64,000 nt of DNA, from the NCBI GenBank assembly GCA_964658305.1, contig OZ210885.1:18662001-18726000 (forward strand), written 5' to 3'. The position numbers and the translations under genes are program-made. The DNA comes from Leptogorgia sarmentosa. Its lineage: Eukaryota. The notes beneath the pieces were generated by a model. That model did no database searches. It worked only from the letters and a program-made list of their open reading frames with translations, and had not been told where the DNA came from. Positions 52,140-64,000 of the stretch are shown piece after piece (position 1 is the stretch's first letter; each line of letters starts with the position of its first letter).

Positions 52140-52644
52140 TGATCGGAGCAACGCGAAATAAAAGGAAACTAGTGAAATAAAGAAAATATCCTACCTTACG
52201 AAAATAATTGCGAAAAATTGACTTTGAAAGATCCTCGTTGTTCGACTTCAGCGACTGTCTTCATTTGGCAAGCACGTTGCCTTATAATATCAGTGCACTT
52301 ATCAAGGCTCCTCCTGTTTGTCCGGCTTTGCGGAACATCTAAGTATTCTAACACCATTCTTTTCCATCTTTACACCTCTATTTAATACTCTTATCGTAAT
52401 TCTTAACACTTTCTTAACGCCTTTGCCCAACACTATTTTTATCCATTAGACACAAGACCGGAATGCATAAAACTCCTATTCGCTAGCAAATATTCTATTT
52501 ATATATAGTTCCAAGGCCGTCGAATTTTGCAGAACCATGATCATGTGAAACACATTTATCTAATCCTGGTTGTCATTGGTTTGTTTCTGTATATAATGGA
52601 TACATGGAAAAAGGTTCAAGTCTGAAGAGAGATTTACATGCATT

Positions 52645-53030
52645 GTGATCCATACAATCCACCATTACGATACCTATACCATTACGATACGTATTGCCAT
52701 TATCACATTATGGACCATAGCTATACATGCTATCATGTCAAGAGAAGGGAAAAGTACCCTCATTTTCAATTCATGGATACACGAAAGGAAGTCAAAAGAG
52801 AGCTCCGCCGTGATCCATACAATCCACCGTTGTGATGCTATACCATTACGATACGTATTGCCATTATGGACCGTAGCTATACATGCTATCATGTCAAGAG
52901 AAGGGAAAAGTACCCTCATTTTCAATTCATGGATACACGAAAGGAATTCAAGAGAGAGCTCCGCCGTGATCCATACAATCCACCATTATGATACCCATAA
53001 CGGATTATAAGGAGTCGAAAAGAGAGCTCC
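52645..53030. repeat. Tandem repeat, about 2.4 units of 156-165 bp
   Basis: GTGATCCATACAATCCACC recurs at 52645, 52810 and 52966, with conserved unit bodies. Confidence 0.85.
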
Positions 53031-54349
53031 AGAATCTACCAATCATTGTGCTACGCATTTTATGAAAGGACAAAGGTGTTCACAGCATGTCCGTCTATTA
53101 CGACATGAATATCTGGAGCAAATTTCATGGTAATTGGATCGTCACATCCATTGATCGATAGAAAATTACAGTTTTAGTGGATGTTCCCACTTTCACCAAA
53201 TTGTGAAAGATCAAACGCTTGCGTGCATCGGAATATTTATTCAAAAGAATGTCAACAGCTCATTTGTGTTTCAAAGAAAGCGCCTACGCCTTGCCTCATG
53301 CGATATGTACACTAGTACCGTGTCGTAAAATTATTTTATAACCCTTCGCAACTAATTGAGTGTATAGTAATTGCAAAAGACTGAATGCTAACTTCTGTCT
53401 TATCTAATTAATTAAGCCGTTTTTCCTTATTTACTTCTAATGAACTCCAAATAGAGATCCGAAGTTTTCGAGTTAGGGGATGACTTTATTCATTGTAGAA
53501 ATCAATAGTACACTATTCATTGTAGAACCAATCTATTACATTATTTTGTCTTTTTTCGCTTTAATTTCTATATTTTCATGGTTTTCCTTACTAGGTATAC
53601 ACAAGTGTTCATTATGAACGAAAATGGGCTGCACTCGTGCAGCTAGCTTTGCTTTCGACTACTATAATGGTGGTGATTCTGTTCAGTTTATTTTCGAATT
53701 GTGACTGGCAGAGCACTAAAGTGTTGAGGGATTAGACGAGAGTTAACGTTTACATTTTACTTTTATTCTGTAGATATATTCAAAGTTAACCAGTATTTTA
53801 CATGTATTTTGAGCACATTATAACCCAGTGGAACCAAGTTACAGATCGAACATTGGTGAAGCTGGTGCAACGAGGTAAAATGCTGTAATACAATTATTGT
53901 CCATCAAAAGTCTTAACATGATCAAATACAATAAGTATATGCTTTTTACTGATTGAAAGTATGCACCTACTACTTCGCTTTCAAGAGTATGCAGCATGCA
54001 CCACGGAGCTATAAATTTCATGCAATCTCAGTGGGAATAACAGTTAGCCTTGTATTAAAAATTGTTCATAGTTGATAGTTAGTACATACCGTACTTCATG
54101 TTAGTGTAACTATTGTGTTACCTCGTTCCACCCAATCAAATTGCACGCATCGTTTCGCGCTCTTTTTCATTTTCAAAAACACTTGTATTGCAAAACAAGT
54201 TTATAAGTTTATATGACATATTAAACTGAATAATAATAAGGTATTTTACAGCAGTTACGCGTCTTTTCTTAAAAATGAACGAGTTTGTAACTTAATAAAC
54301 GTATAATAAGATGTATTTTATATATGGTTTGCTTCTTTATCCTTTATAG

Positions 54350-55435
54350 ATGTCAAAAAACAACGAAATTGATATGGAAAGAAATGGTATGTCCCCACTC
54401 TGTCAATACATATTTCTACACTTTCTGTGTTAAACTAAGAAATATTTGGTAATTTCAATAAAGAAATTGTGATAGCTATATATGAAGATTTTAATATATA
54501 TATTTCGTTTTCATATGTGTTTGCAGAGGCGAATGAGGAAATTAATGTTGACGAATATGATGAAGAAAGCAAACAAGGTTAATTTATAGAGCAGGTTCAT
54601 CTGCGAATTAGTTGTGTACAACTGGTCTTTTGCTTAAGAAGAGTTCTGAACTGAAAATAGACAATAAGACTGTGTTTTATATTGCAAGTGTTTGTTTTTT
54701 TTTTGCTCATGAATTCCAGTGCTTGAAATCCCATTTTTCACAGCCTACTCTATATAAACTTTATCTTATTTCACTCTTTTCTGTATATTTGTAGATGCAA
54801 AGTTAGGCACAGTGCAAGGTATTTTTACATGGCAGCTTTATGTATCTAGGATAATAACATATATAAATATTATATAATTGGGTTCTCGTTCACAAGTTGA
54901 AACAGTAATGACAAGTGCTGCATGTTTCGTGACTTATGCTTTGGTTGTGTTTATTTAGATCAGGAACAGAGGAAAGCCCCCCGACCATTTAAAGGTACTT
55001 TTGCAAGTATATAGAATGATGCAAAAAGAAAATTTGGAAATTCTGTTACCTTTGTTCACAATTTAATTCAAAATTTTATAAACTGCTTCATTTAAAGGAA
55101 AATGCCACAACTGCTTGGGCAAGGGGCACAAGGCCAGAGAGTGCCAAAAACGTGAGTGGTTTAACATTTTGGCTTTATTCTTCAATTTTTGTCATTATCA
55201 TAAACTTTCCTGTATTACTTTTACAGCATACAATCGTGACAGAAACAGTAAGTTCAGAGATTGTTTGTATTGTACTAATAACATATATTATAAAGTGACT
55301 TTACATGCTTCTTACTTATCATTCTGTCTTGTAGGGAAAATATGCTATGTGTGCAACAAACCAGGCCACATTGCCAGACAATGTTGGCAACATAAAAAAA
55401 AGAAGGGGGCCTGGCTTGAAAACAATTTTCAATAA
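54350..55435 (+). CDS. Spliced micro-exon gene for a predicted 107-aa protein with two CCHC zinc knuckles
   Basis: Exons 54350-54386, 54527-54577, 54795-54818, 54959-54994, 55098-55151, 55227-55247 and 55335-55435; all introns are GT-AG and phase 1; the joined frame is open and contains CHNCLGKGHKAREC and CYVCNKPGHIARQC. Confidence 0.7.
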
Positions 55436-55462
55436 TTGCACAGGCTGCACATTTACATTTGG

Positions 55463-55679
55463 AACCAATTTACCCAATGAAAACTAGACAAATTCATGCT
55501 TCAGCCTGGTTTCCATCTGTAGTTTTCAAACAATTCAATCTAACATATAGTATCCTAAAATGCCATCTTTGTTGAGTTTTGTCAAATCAATTTTAATTTA
55601 ACGTACTGGCAACCAGTCACCGAAAAGATGTGCACAACCTGGCTGAACATGCACTTAGTTTTCATTGGGTAAATTGGTT
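55463..55679. repeat. Foldback/MITE-like inverted repeat
   Basis: AACCAATTTACCCAATGAAAACTA versus TAGTTTTCATTGGGTAAATTGGTT, with imperfect inward extension. Confidence 0.7.
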
Positions 55680-55830
55680 TTACTGTTTTATGCTGATATT
55701 GCACTATTTGGTGATAAAAAATAACTCTACGGATTTCGGACTTCAGACTTCACAGTTCAGACTTTGAACTTCTGCAGGCTTTGGATCGTGCTATTGAAGA
55801 AAGCTTCCTTGCTTTGTGGTTGTTGTTAAA

Positions 55831-57703
55831 ATGCTACTGGTAAGTTTATGTCATTTTAGGACTTTTTAAGCCCTAAAAACTTACTGAACATTCTGGTTTC
55901 TTACAGGTTTCGTTTTGTGTGTTGCTTTTACTAACACCAAGCGTATTTGGAGTTGACAAACAGACAGATCATTTAATTAAGGATTACTTTCACCAAGGCT
56001 TATCTTACGCTGAAATTGTGTTCATGTTACTCAAGATTCATGGTGTTTCATTGTGTGTTAGGCAAATTAAAAGGATTCTTGCTCGCTTAGGACTAAAACG
56101 TAGATTCAACGATAATAATTCCTCACCATTAGAAGAAATTGTAGAAGTTATTACGAAGGAGATTGAAACCAGTGGGCAGTGCATTGGGTACCGCACGATG
56201 TGGAGAAGACTGCTGATGCGTTACAACCTAAAAGTTAAACGAGATAGAGTCATGGATTTGCTGAGAATAATAGATCCAAACGGCGTAGAGAGAAGGAAAC
56301 ATAGGCGTTTGTTAAAGAGAAAATATAGCAATCCAGGGCCAAATTTTCTGTGGCACGTAGACGGCTATGACAAACTTAAACCTTATGGTTTTGCCATTCA
56401 CGCAGCAATAGATGGCTACAGCAGACGCGTTCTTTGGATAGAGGTAATGATGAATTTATCAGGTTTTAATAATATCAGGTTTTGTGATATGGTGACTAGG
56501 TCGAGATAAGTGTCGAAGGTGAGGGGAACACTTACCCAGACTTTGATAATGTCGCATATGCATGTCATAAAAACCGATTATTGTTTTATTATAAATTTGA
56601 AGATGGCATGCAAGACTACATAATTAAGTATAATAATTTATTTTAAAACTGTTTAACCAGGCTATACGAAATATCATCATTTAAGATTTTCGACCATAGA
56701 AATTCTCTATATTAGAATGACAGAATGTTTGCAGTTTTAGTTGCAACATGAATTATAAAGTCATGAAGCAAATAATTATAAGAAGATGACAACAAAAATA
56801 TCTTTTAATTAACACAATCTAAAAACCAACTTAACATTATTTTTTAAAAGTTTGTAGTTTACACCACGTAATTTTATTTCATCATTGTAATAAAAAAATT
56901 ACATGGTGTAAACTACAAACTTTAAAAAATCATCATGCAAACTTTCAAAGAATTAATTATTGCTTACAATGGCAGCTTTCATATTTTAAAATATCAAGGA
57001 CTAAAACGACCAAACAGTCTTTTGTATATTGTAGGTTTCTTCAACGAACAATGATCCAGCTGTTATTGCTGGTTACTATTTGGATTGCATTGAGCGTCTT
57101 GGTATTGTACCAAAAATATTGCGTTGCGATCTGGGAACAGAAAACACTAATCTAGCGTTTTTGCAACCAATTTTTCGGCACGAATGTCATGATAGCTTGG
57201 CAGGAAGTACGAGCTTTATGTATGGTAAAAGCACGAGTAATCAACACATAGAAGCGTGGTGGAGCATTCTTCGAAAACAGTGCACAGACTGGTGGATTTG
57301 CCTTTTTAAAGATTTAAGAGACAGAGGGCTGTACAATGGTTGCGATCCGGTTCACAATCAATTGATTAAATTTTGCTTCATGGATATATTGCAAAATGAA
57401 TTGCAGCGTGTCGCAGTGGAATGGAATCTACATCCAATAAGAACAAATGGAAGCAACGATAATTCTTATGGAAAACCTGATGTCATGTATTTTACACCAG
57501 AATTGCAAAACACGCATGATTATGGATTCCAAGCAAATCTTGAGGACATAGCAATGTGCAAGGAGTTGTATGCTAAAGGAAAGCCCAACGATTACGATGA
57601 AGATTTTTTTGAATTAATACAGCTATTAAAGCCAAACCTAACTGTCCCAAATAATTCAAGAGATGCTGTTGATCTTTACATTAGCCTTATTCGTGATATA
57701 TAA
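55831..57703 (+). CDS. IS3/IS481-like DDE integrase-core transposase, spliced, about 404 aa, apparently intact
   Basis: Exons 55831-55839, 55907-56443 and 57035-57703 (GT-AG); N-terminal HTH; GYRTMW, WHVDGYDKLKPYG..IDGYSR, RCDLGTEN, STSNQHIEAWW and WNLHPIR. Confidence 0.85.
56841..56928. repeat. Intronic inverted repeat (hairpin)
   Basis: AAAGTTTGTAGTTTACACCACGTAATTTT versus AAAATTACATGGTGTAAACTACAAACTTT. Confidence 0.75.
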
Positions 57704-58001
57704 TAGATGGATGTAGGAATATCAGGTAACTAAAAAAACACTTTATCATTGTCTACAGCTGTTGGTTAATGCATGGTTAATTGGAAATCTGTATATCTGT
57801 TTGATCATGCGTTTAATACCCTACTAAAATTGAACAATGCCACAAACTGAAAGCAGAACTGGATTTGTACAGCAAATATTTCCAACATTCCTTTTTTATT
57901 GTATCTCATTGATACGAGTAGTCCTATACTGCTACTGGAGTACGTGTAAAGATTATAAAAAACAACTCAACATATATGTTTTCAATTCATGTCTTACATG
58001 T

Positions 58002-60346
58002 TCAGGTCATGCAGCTGGCACCATTATGATACACATAAATCAAATCCATTGCAGAAGGTCTGAGCGAAGGGTTATAATTGAAGCATTTTCGGATGATTTC
58101 CTTTACATTGCTCTCAGTAACAATTTCTAAGTGAGGAGGGCAATCTTGATTCCATAGTTTCCTTTTTAAGGCATTGTCAGGCGTATCATCTTCCGTAATT
58201 TCGTATAATTCCCAACACTCCTTTCCAGTATAGAGTTCAAGTAAAGTGCAAGCCAAAGACCAGATATCAGAGTGAACAGTCGCTTTTTGGTTTTGCAAAA
58301 GACATTCTGGTGCCATATATGATGGTGTTCCAGGAATTCCTGAAGTTGTTTTAGTCATGGTTTGAAATTCTTTCAACTTACTTATTCCCATATCGCATAG
58401 TTTTGCGACGCCACTTTGTCGAGAAAACAGGACGTTTGCCGGTTTAATATCTCTGTGTATAACCGGCGGTACTAACACATGTAGGTAAGCTACAGCTTGT
58501 ACACAATTTTTTCCAATGGACTCTCTCAGTTCGGGTGTAATAGTAATGTTGGGCTGGGAAGTTTTTGATTTTTTGATGGATTTGCAGCATTATCACGAGT
58601 CCGAAAAGTCAAACTGATTAGAGAATTTAGCAACTTCTCTGACAAGAACAGGCTGGGTTGTTTCAGAATCCACGCCATGATAAACAGTAACTGCATATCT
58701 ACCCGGACTACAAATAGGAATAAAACAGCAGTTTTGGCCTGTTTTAATTTCAGTATCGTCTTTATGCCAAGAGTAAGTAGTACCATCAGACATATGCTTT
58801 GATGAAACAACACCAATTATCAATTTGCCAGAATCAAAACCCCATATTTCGTTTGGCTCATGAACTATAAGTTTATGTTTCAATTCTTCCTCGGCGTTAG
58901 GATAGTGGTATATTCCTCTGGTGTTTCCTGCCTCGTCTATGCATAAATTGATTTGCTGCAGGAAGCAGACATCTTTTTCAATACCAACCACTCTAAAACC
59001 TTCCTCTAAAGGATCATATTGTTCTGGCATTTCCATAAGAGTATTATCAATCATGCACGATGCTTCGTAACAATCGGACCTGGTTACACACTAATGCTGA
59101 CTTATTACCTCGGAATACGATGATTCTGCAAATCTTTCGTATAGAACAGAAATGTTGTGTTGTTCATATTCTCGATCTGAACTCAGTGGTTTCCCCGTGG
59201 AATCGCAAACTGTGTATAGACGTTCTGCAGGTTTGTCCTTTGTACATGATGGCGCTGGTGTGCTTTCAGCGAGTGGCTTCACGAACTGTAATTCTGTAAC
59301 TGATCCAATACTGCCATCTTCTGTCTCTTCCTCACTTTCTTCTTCGCTATCACATTTTCCCGATGTCATTAGGTAAACATAGCATCTACTTGCAAACAGG
59401 CCGTGTGATTTTAGATATGTGAAGAAATCGCATTCCTGGCCTTCTAGGTCAGTAAAGCATTGTATTGTTTCCTGTGAAAAATTACCAAGGCTACAGTTCA
59501 TAAGATAGAGCAAGCCCTTCTTGCTGTTTCCACCAGGAAAAAAGAGTTTTTTCCCCTTTTCAATTAACGAGTCTACAGAAATATTTTCGTCTTCTGTTAT
59601 CAAAATATCTCTGATTCCTCCACCTTCTTTGAATCGCACTTGTTTATACTTCCAGGGTACGAATTGACGGCTCACACTTCGCAATTTGCGAAGAATTCCT
59701 TGCGTTTTGAGGCGAGATATTGTGCATGGAGCTGGTCGAAGATGTTGTTGATGCAATTGTTCAAGAAACAACTAGTAGTTATATATATATTAATAGACGA
59801 AGTGAACTTAGTACAGAAAGGTGCAAAAATACCTATAATATTATAAAAATAAAATATATATATATAAATAAATATATATATATAAATTATATACAATTTA
59901 TTTTTTATATAATTTGACCTTTGTGTTCTACTTTCGAAATAAACAAAATATCTATGCAAAGAATTTTGGTTCTGCTGAACCAGAAAGTGTTTCAACATTT
60001 GTAAAATAACAATAGCATAATAATTATTCATACAGTTTTTATTACCTTTTGAGCTTCCAATTTTTGGAAAATCTCATTCTCAATCCCAATCTTTTCTAGA
60101 ATGTCCAGTACCTTTTGAAACAAGTTTATCGTTTTAACTGCATTGCAGTATACCATTGGTATACGATACGATAGACTATAAACACACTAGGAGTTTATCA
60201 TTTCCGTTTATTATTTGTAATTTAAATACAAAATCCTAATAGGAATTATAAGAAAATAAATATACAGTAGTTACTATCTACTATCACATTCGTGCTGAAA
60301 AGTTGAAAGCAAATTCTATATAACATCGTTTTACCTCTTTCTCCAT
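58002..60346 (-). pseudogene. Cargo gene: YKQVR..GGG domain, Ig-like segment and protein kinase C-lobe (disrupted)
   Basis: Kinase subdomains VI-XI: AVAYLH..HRDIKPANVL, KLCDMG, GTPSYMAPE, SDIWSLAC and RPSA. Upstream TYSWHKD..GRYAVTV is Ig-like. Likely 5' exons at 60335-60346 and about 60045-60110. The kinase N-lobe is missing and there are internal stops. Confidence 0.75.
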
Positions 60347-62865
60347 TGTGTTTGTGTGTTTGTTTATAACTCTACTGAAATTTACCGGAAGTATAAAAGC
60401 GAATCCGAGTCGGAAGTCTGATGTCCGAATTCTGCAGTCTGAAGTCCCTTCATGGCTTCCGTACTGTCCTCCTTATCTTGATTTCAAAATACAATTCACG
60501 AGAATTGATCAAGTGCACAAACACGTTTTTAATTTTAATTTTCTACAAAAATTATCCTGAAAAAACCAGGGGGGTGTGAAAACGGCAGCAGGCTCAGATT
60601 TGAGCCTGGTCAGTGTTGCCTACCATGAGGACGGAGTATTTGCTGTCATGGTAATGATGACGAATCACATGAATCCACGCCATTATTTCAACATGTCCTC
60701 ACTCTTATATTAATGATAATAATCAATTAACCATTTGCGTTATTATGATCATAATAGTCAAAATAGTAGAGACTCTACAGGCATTTATTTTGGTATTTAC
60801 TGCACATCCAAAAATTCCAATATGGTGGGTTCTTCAGCTTCGATGGAATTAAGCACTGGTATGTTTAGTCAGTTTAGATTGTTAATTCTTTTATTACTGC
60901 ATTATTTCAGGTCAATATGTTGGTATCCTAAGTAAAAAATACGAAATAAGACGTGTTGAATTGTATTTAATGCGTTTCCCTTTAAAGTTTCCCTCTTGCA
61001 TAGTTGCGTTCGCATAGAATTTAAATTTTGCGCGCAAAGTATGGCCGTTGCATTAGCATAGTCTTGTACTTATATGCCTAGAAATCATGATGATGCAACT
61101 TTTAAGGACGTGTCCATATATATTGAGAGAATTATCACGAAAAAATATTATCGAAACTTCACAAATTGCCCTCCATCAATTCCGTTATGAATCTCACTTT
61201 CATAACTTATGAAAGTGAGATTGCTTGCTCTTTGTATAAATAATTTCCACCTTTCAATGACAAATGCCATGGTTTGTTTTAAGAATGTTTATCGTTTTCT
61301 GCAAACAGACGTAGTTGAGTTTAATTAACTTCACAGAATTTAAGATGTTTGAAATGATCATTTGCAATTTGTAGTTTTACAATTTATGTCACATACTACC
61401 TATTGTTAAAGTTGTATTAAAAATTCTTAATATTTAAGAAAGGGTGAAATACTGTATTTACTGGGTTTATAAAAAATACATTGTTGGGTATTTTTATACT
61501 CACTTTAGTTTGTTTAAGTTTGAATTTAAGTTTGAATTATTTTATGATGCTTAATCTATGAAATTGTAATGTTTAATTAATGCCTCAAAAACTTTGTTCT
61601 TAGTTGTACAGTAACTGTTCAGTTGTTCTGGGTATTATGATAGGATACCTTACAAGTATAAAATAGCCTTTAGTTATTAATTCAGCCACTCTACTATAGA
61701 ATCATATGTACATAAAATTTGTCCATGTAACATACACACTATACACTATATTAATGAATGATTTACCATAGATAAAGTCTAAACAACAATGATTTATGAT
61801 GCCACAAAAAAGCTCATTTATGATGTTCTGACTAGTAAGTACCGGTATCCTAGTGCATGGTGCTTGTGCATCAGTGAAGCATGTTTATTTATCATATATC
61901 AAAATAATTAAAATAACTGGAATTTCAGGAGCCTTCATCGGGATGATTATAAATATCCGCATATCTGAGAACTACATATGCATTCATTTGTTATGCGTGC
62001 AGTAGTATAATTTAGCAATGATTACTACTACCGGTTCATTATCTACTAATACCAATTTTCTACCATCACCAATTGTCCACAGTGTACTAGAAATTACATA
62101 GTGAAAGTCAGCATTAGAAATTACACAGTAATGAACAGGTTTGGATTTGGAATAAATTACTGTAAAAGAGCATACTTGATTTTTTTTAACTTAAAGTGGT
62201 ACAAAATGCTCTTAGCTAATATACTGAATAATGCAACTCACTAATATTCGGCGAGTCAACTCAAAGTCGACTCGCAAGTCGAGTTGAGTCATATCACTGG
62301 GTGATCAAGTCGAGTCGGTGGCTTTCCATGAGTCGAGTCAGTGGCTTTGTACTTTGTATACAATTTTATATATTGAAAGCTGATCTGGGTAGGTGCAATT
62401 TGCATAGGGCAGTTTAGAAAATTTAATGCTGGGTAAGCTGGATAGAGTATTTCATCTGTAGACTTTATGAATTAGGTTAAGTACATTAGGATATTTTCAT
62501 ATCCTTCAAATGCATATTCTTATGGTATGAAATAATTTTATTAAATTTTATGTTTTAGGGGAAAAAAGAAAGTGGACAAAGGTATGTATGGTATAATATC
62601 CTATTTATTCTGTTGTACCAAATATTGCCCAATGTGCAGTAATCCAGGAGGTCTTCAGGTTTCGGATTTCACTCCCAGGATTATGGATTCTAAAGCTGAT
62701 AAAAGGACGAATTCCAGATTACTTTGCATCGAGTTGACTATTGGCTAGAAAAATTAGGCAAAACAATATTTATAAACAGTACTTTGATGGATTGATTTTA
62801 TAAGTAAACTACTAGTCAGAATAAACAATGAAAGACATAAAGGAAAAGGTTTACAATATGATTTG

Positions 62866-62910
62866 CAAAAGGTTTACAATATGATTTGCAAAAGGTTTAC
62901 AATATGATTT
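62866..62910. repeat. Short tandem repeat
   Basis: AAAAGGTTTACAATATGATTTGC repeated consecutively. Confidence 0.7.
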
Positions 62911-64000
62911 TTTGTGTTCTAAGCATGAAGGGGGTTTAAATTTTTTTCTAGTGGCAATACAACCTGCATGAAAAAGTATACTATTCAAATTCAAATTCAG
63001 TTGTCTTTAGAGAGTGTAATGAACAGTTCTGTTAAGTTACTAAAAGAACAATATGTTTACAGACAGCATAATTTTTTACTGGTGGCACATACAGTACATA
63101 TGTACGCAAGTACATGTACACTGTAATAACAGTATTTTCTCCAGTGTGGGAGATTCTCGCATGTTATCATGCGAGAATTATTAAAAACTGCAACATTTTA
63201 CATACAAACTCTGAAATTTTTCAAACTATTGTTACATATAAAATAAATAGTAGAATAGAAAAATCTAATCGTTTTTTATTGTTCTACTTTAACATGCATG
63301 CATGACTACCACATTATACTTTCGGTATTTTTTAAAGCTAGCTTATTCTTAGGTTTCACTATGCAAATTATATCATAAACCTCCGAATATATATAGTTTC
63401 GTAAGCATTTTTTTAGTGGGCTTATACACAGGGGGAGCTTATATACTGGGGGAGGGGGACTTACACATTGACGAAATTTTGTGAAGAGAAAAATTCTTAA
63501 AAAGACAATTTCAAACAGACTGGTTTATGACTTTCAAATTCGAACTACTGTAGCAGTCCTCAATCTTTTGCTTCCAGGCATGCTCAAATTGCGGTCACGA
63601 ACAACCAAATGCTTGTAAAACGTGCAAGAATGTGGAGTGTGGCAAAATCTTTCAAAAGAAATCAAATCTGGATCAATATTGGGAAGACATAGCTAAAAAG
63701 GGAATGGTAAATGTAACCACACAAAAGGAGAAGCTGCAGTACAGAGTACGTGTAATAAATTTACACATAATGTTTTAACCTACAATCAGTATTGTTAATT
63801 ATTTTGGTGGGTTAATGTGTCTTAGTATCAAGTGGAAATCATACATAATTTCCATTTTCTACATTGAGTGAAGTGCCTCAACCACAAAATCACATTTGAT
63901 TTACCCTTACCTATTCGCAGGCATTACCACCCTAATACACAATAATTACGCTTACTCTTGTCAGCTACCTCCGTAGCTTAGTGGTCAGAATAAAGTATTT

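Larger units (their letters stand above)
46395..52502 (-). mobile_element. Ngaro-type tyrosine-recombinase retrotransposon with split direct repeats
   Basis: On the minus strand the order is A1 (52222-52502), ORFs, B1 (46907-47153), A2 (46640-46911), B2 (46395-46595); it carries overlapping gag, RT/RNase H and YR ORFs. Confidence 0.9.
55728..60463. mobile_element. IS3EU-like DNA transposon with convergent transposase and cargo genes
   Basis: Ends TACGGA..GGACTTCAGACT and AGTCTGAAGTCC..TCCGTA with repeated subterminal motifs; two tail-to-tail spliced genes; the left TIR is partly deleted and no TSD was found. Confidence 0.65.

Noticed and set aside
52645..53030. Possible CRISPR-like array
   Set aside because: Whole units are duplicated, there are no unique spacers or cas genes, and the context is eukaryotic.
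62250..62345. GAGTCGAGTC repeats resembling a transposon subterminus
   Set aside because: Boundaries and partner end could not be identified.
63965..64000. A-box-like TAGCTTAGTGG (tRNA or SINE)
   Set aside because: No B box or cloverleaf is visible before the window ends.

Overview
AT-rich eukaryotic DNA with GT-AG introns, probably from a marine invertebrate such as a cnidarian (inferred from element types). It is almost entirely a nested stack of transposable elements, and no conserved housekeeping gene is visible. Retroelements: L2/CR1-type LINE fragments, three BEL/Pao elements (one full length), a solo LTR, a young intact Gypsy with identical LTRs, a Penelope-like element with a candidate minimal hammerhead ribozyme, and an Ngaro-type tyrosine-recombinase element with split direct repeats and a 5' SGNH hydrolase. 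DNA transposons: two inverted Tc1 copies, three hATs (two with 5-bp TSDs), two P/THAP9-like remnants, a Kolobok/Mutator-like element, and an IS3EU-like element whose spliced transposase looks intact and faces a convergent cargo ORF ending in a protein kinase. Not evident in the ORF track: a 7-exon micro-exon gene for a 107-aa double CCHC protein, a C2H2+SAP ORF split by three insertions, and a 2A-like motif at the front of a hAT transposase. All family calls come from reading motifs by eye; no database search was run.
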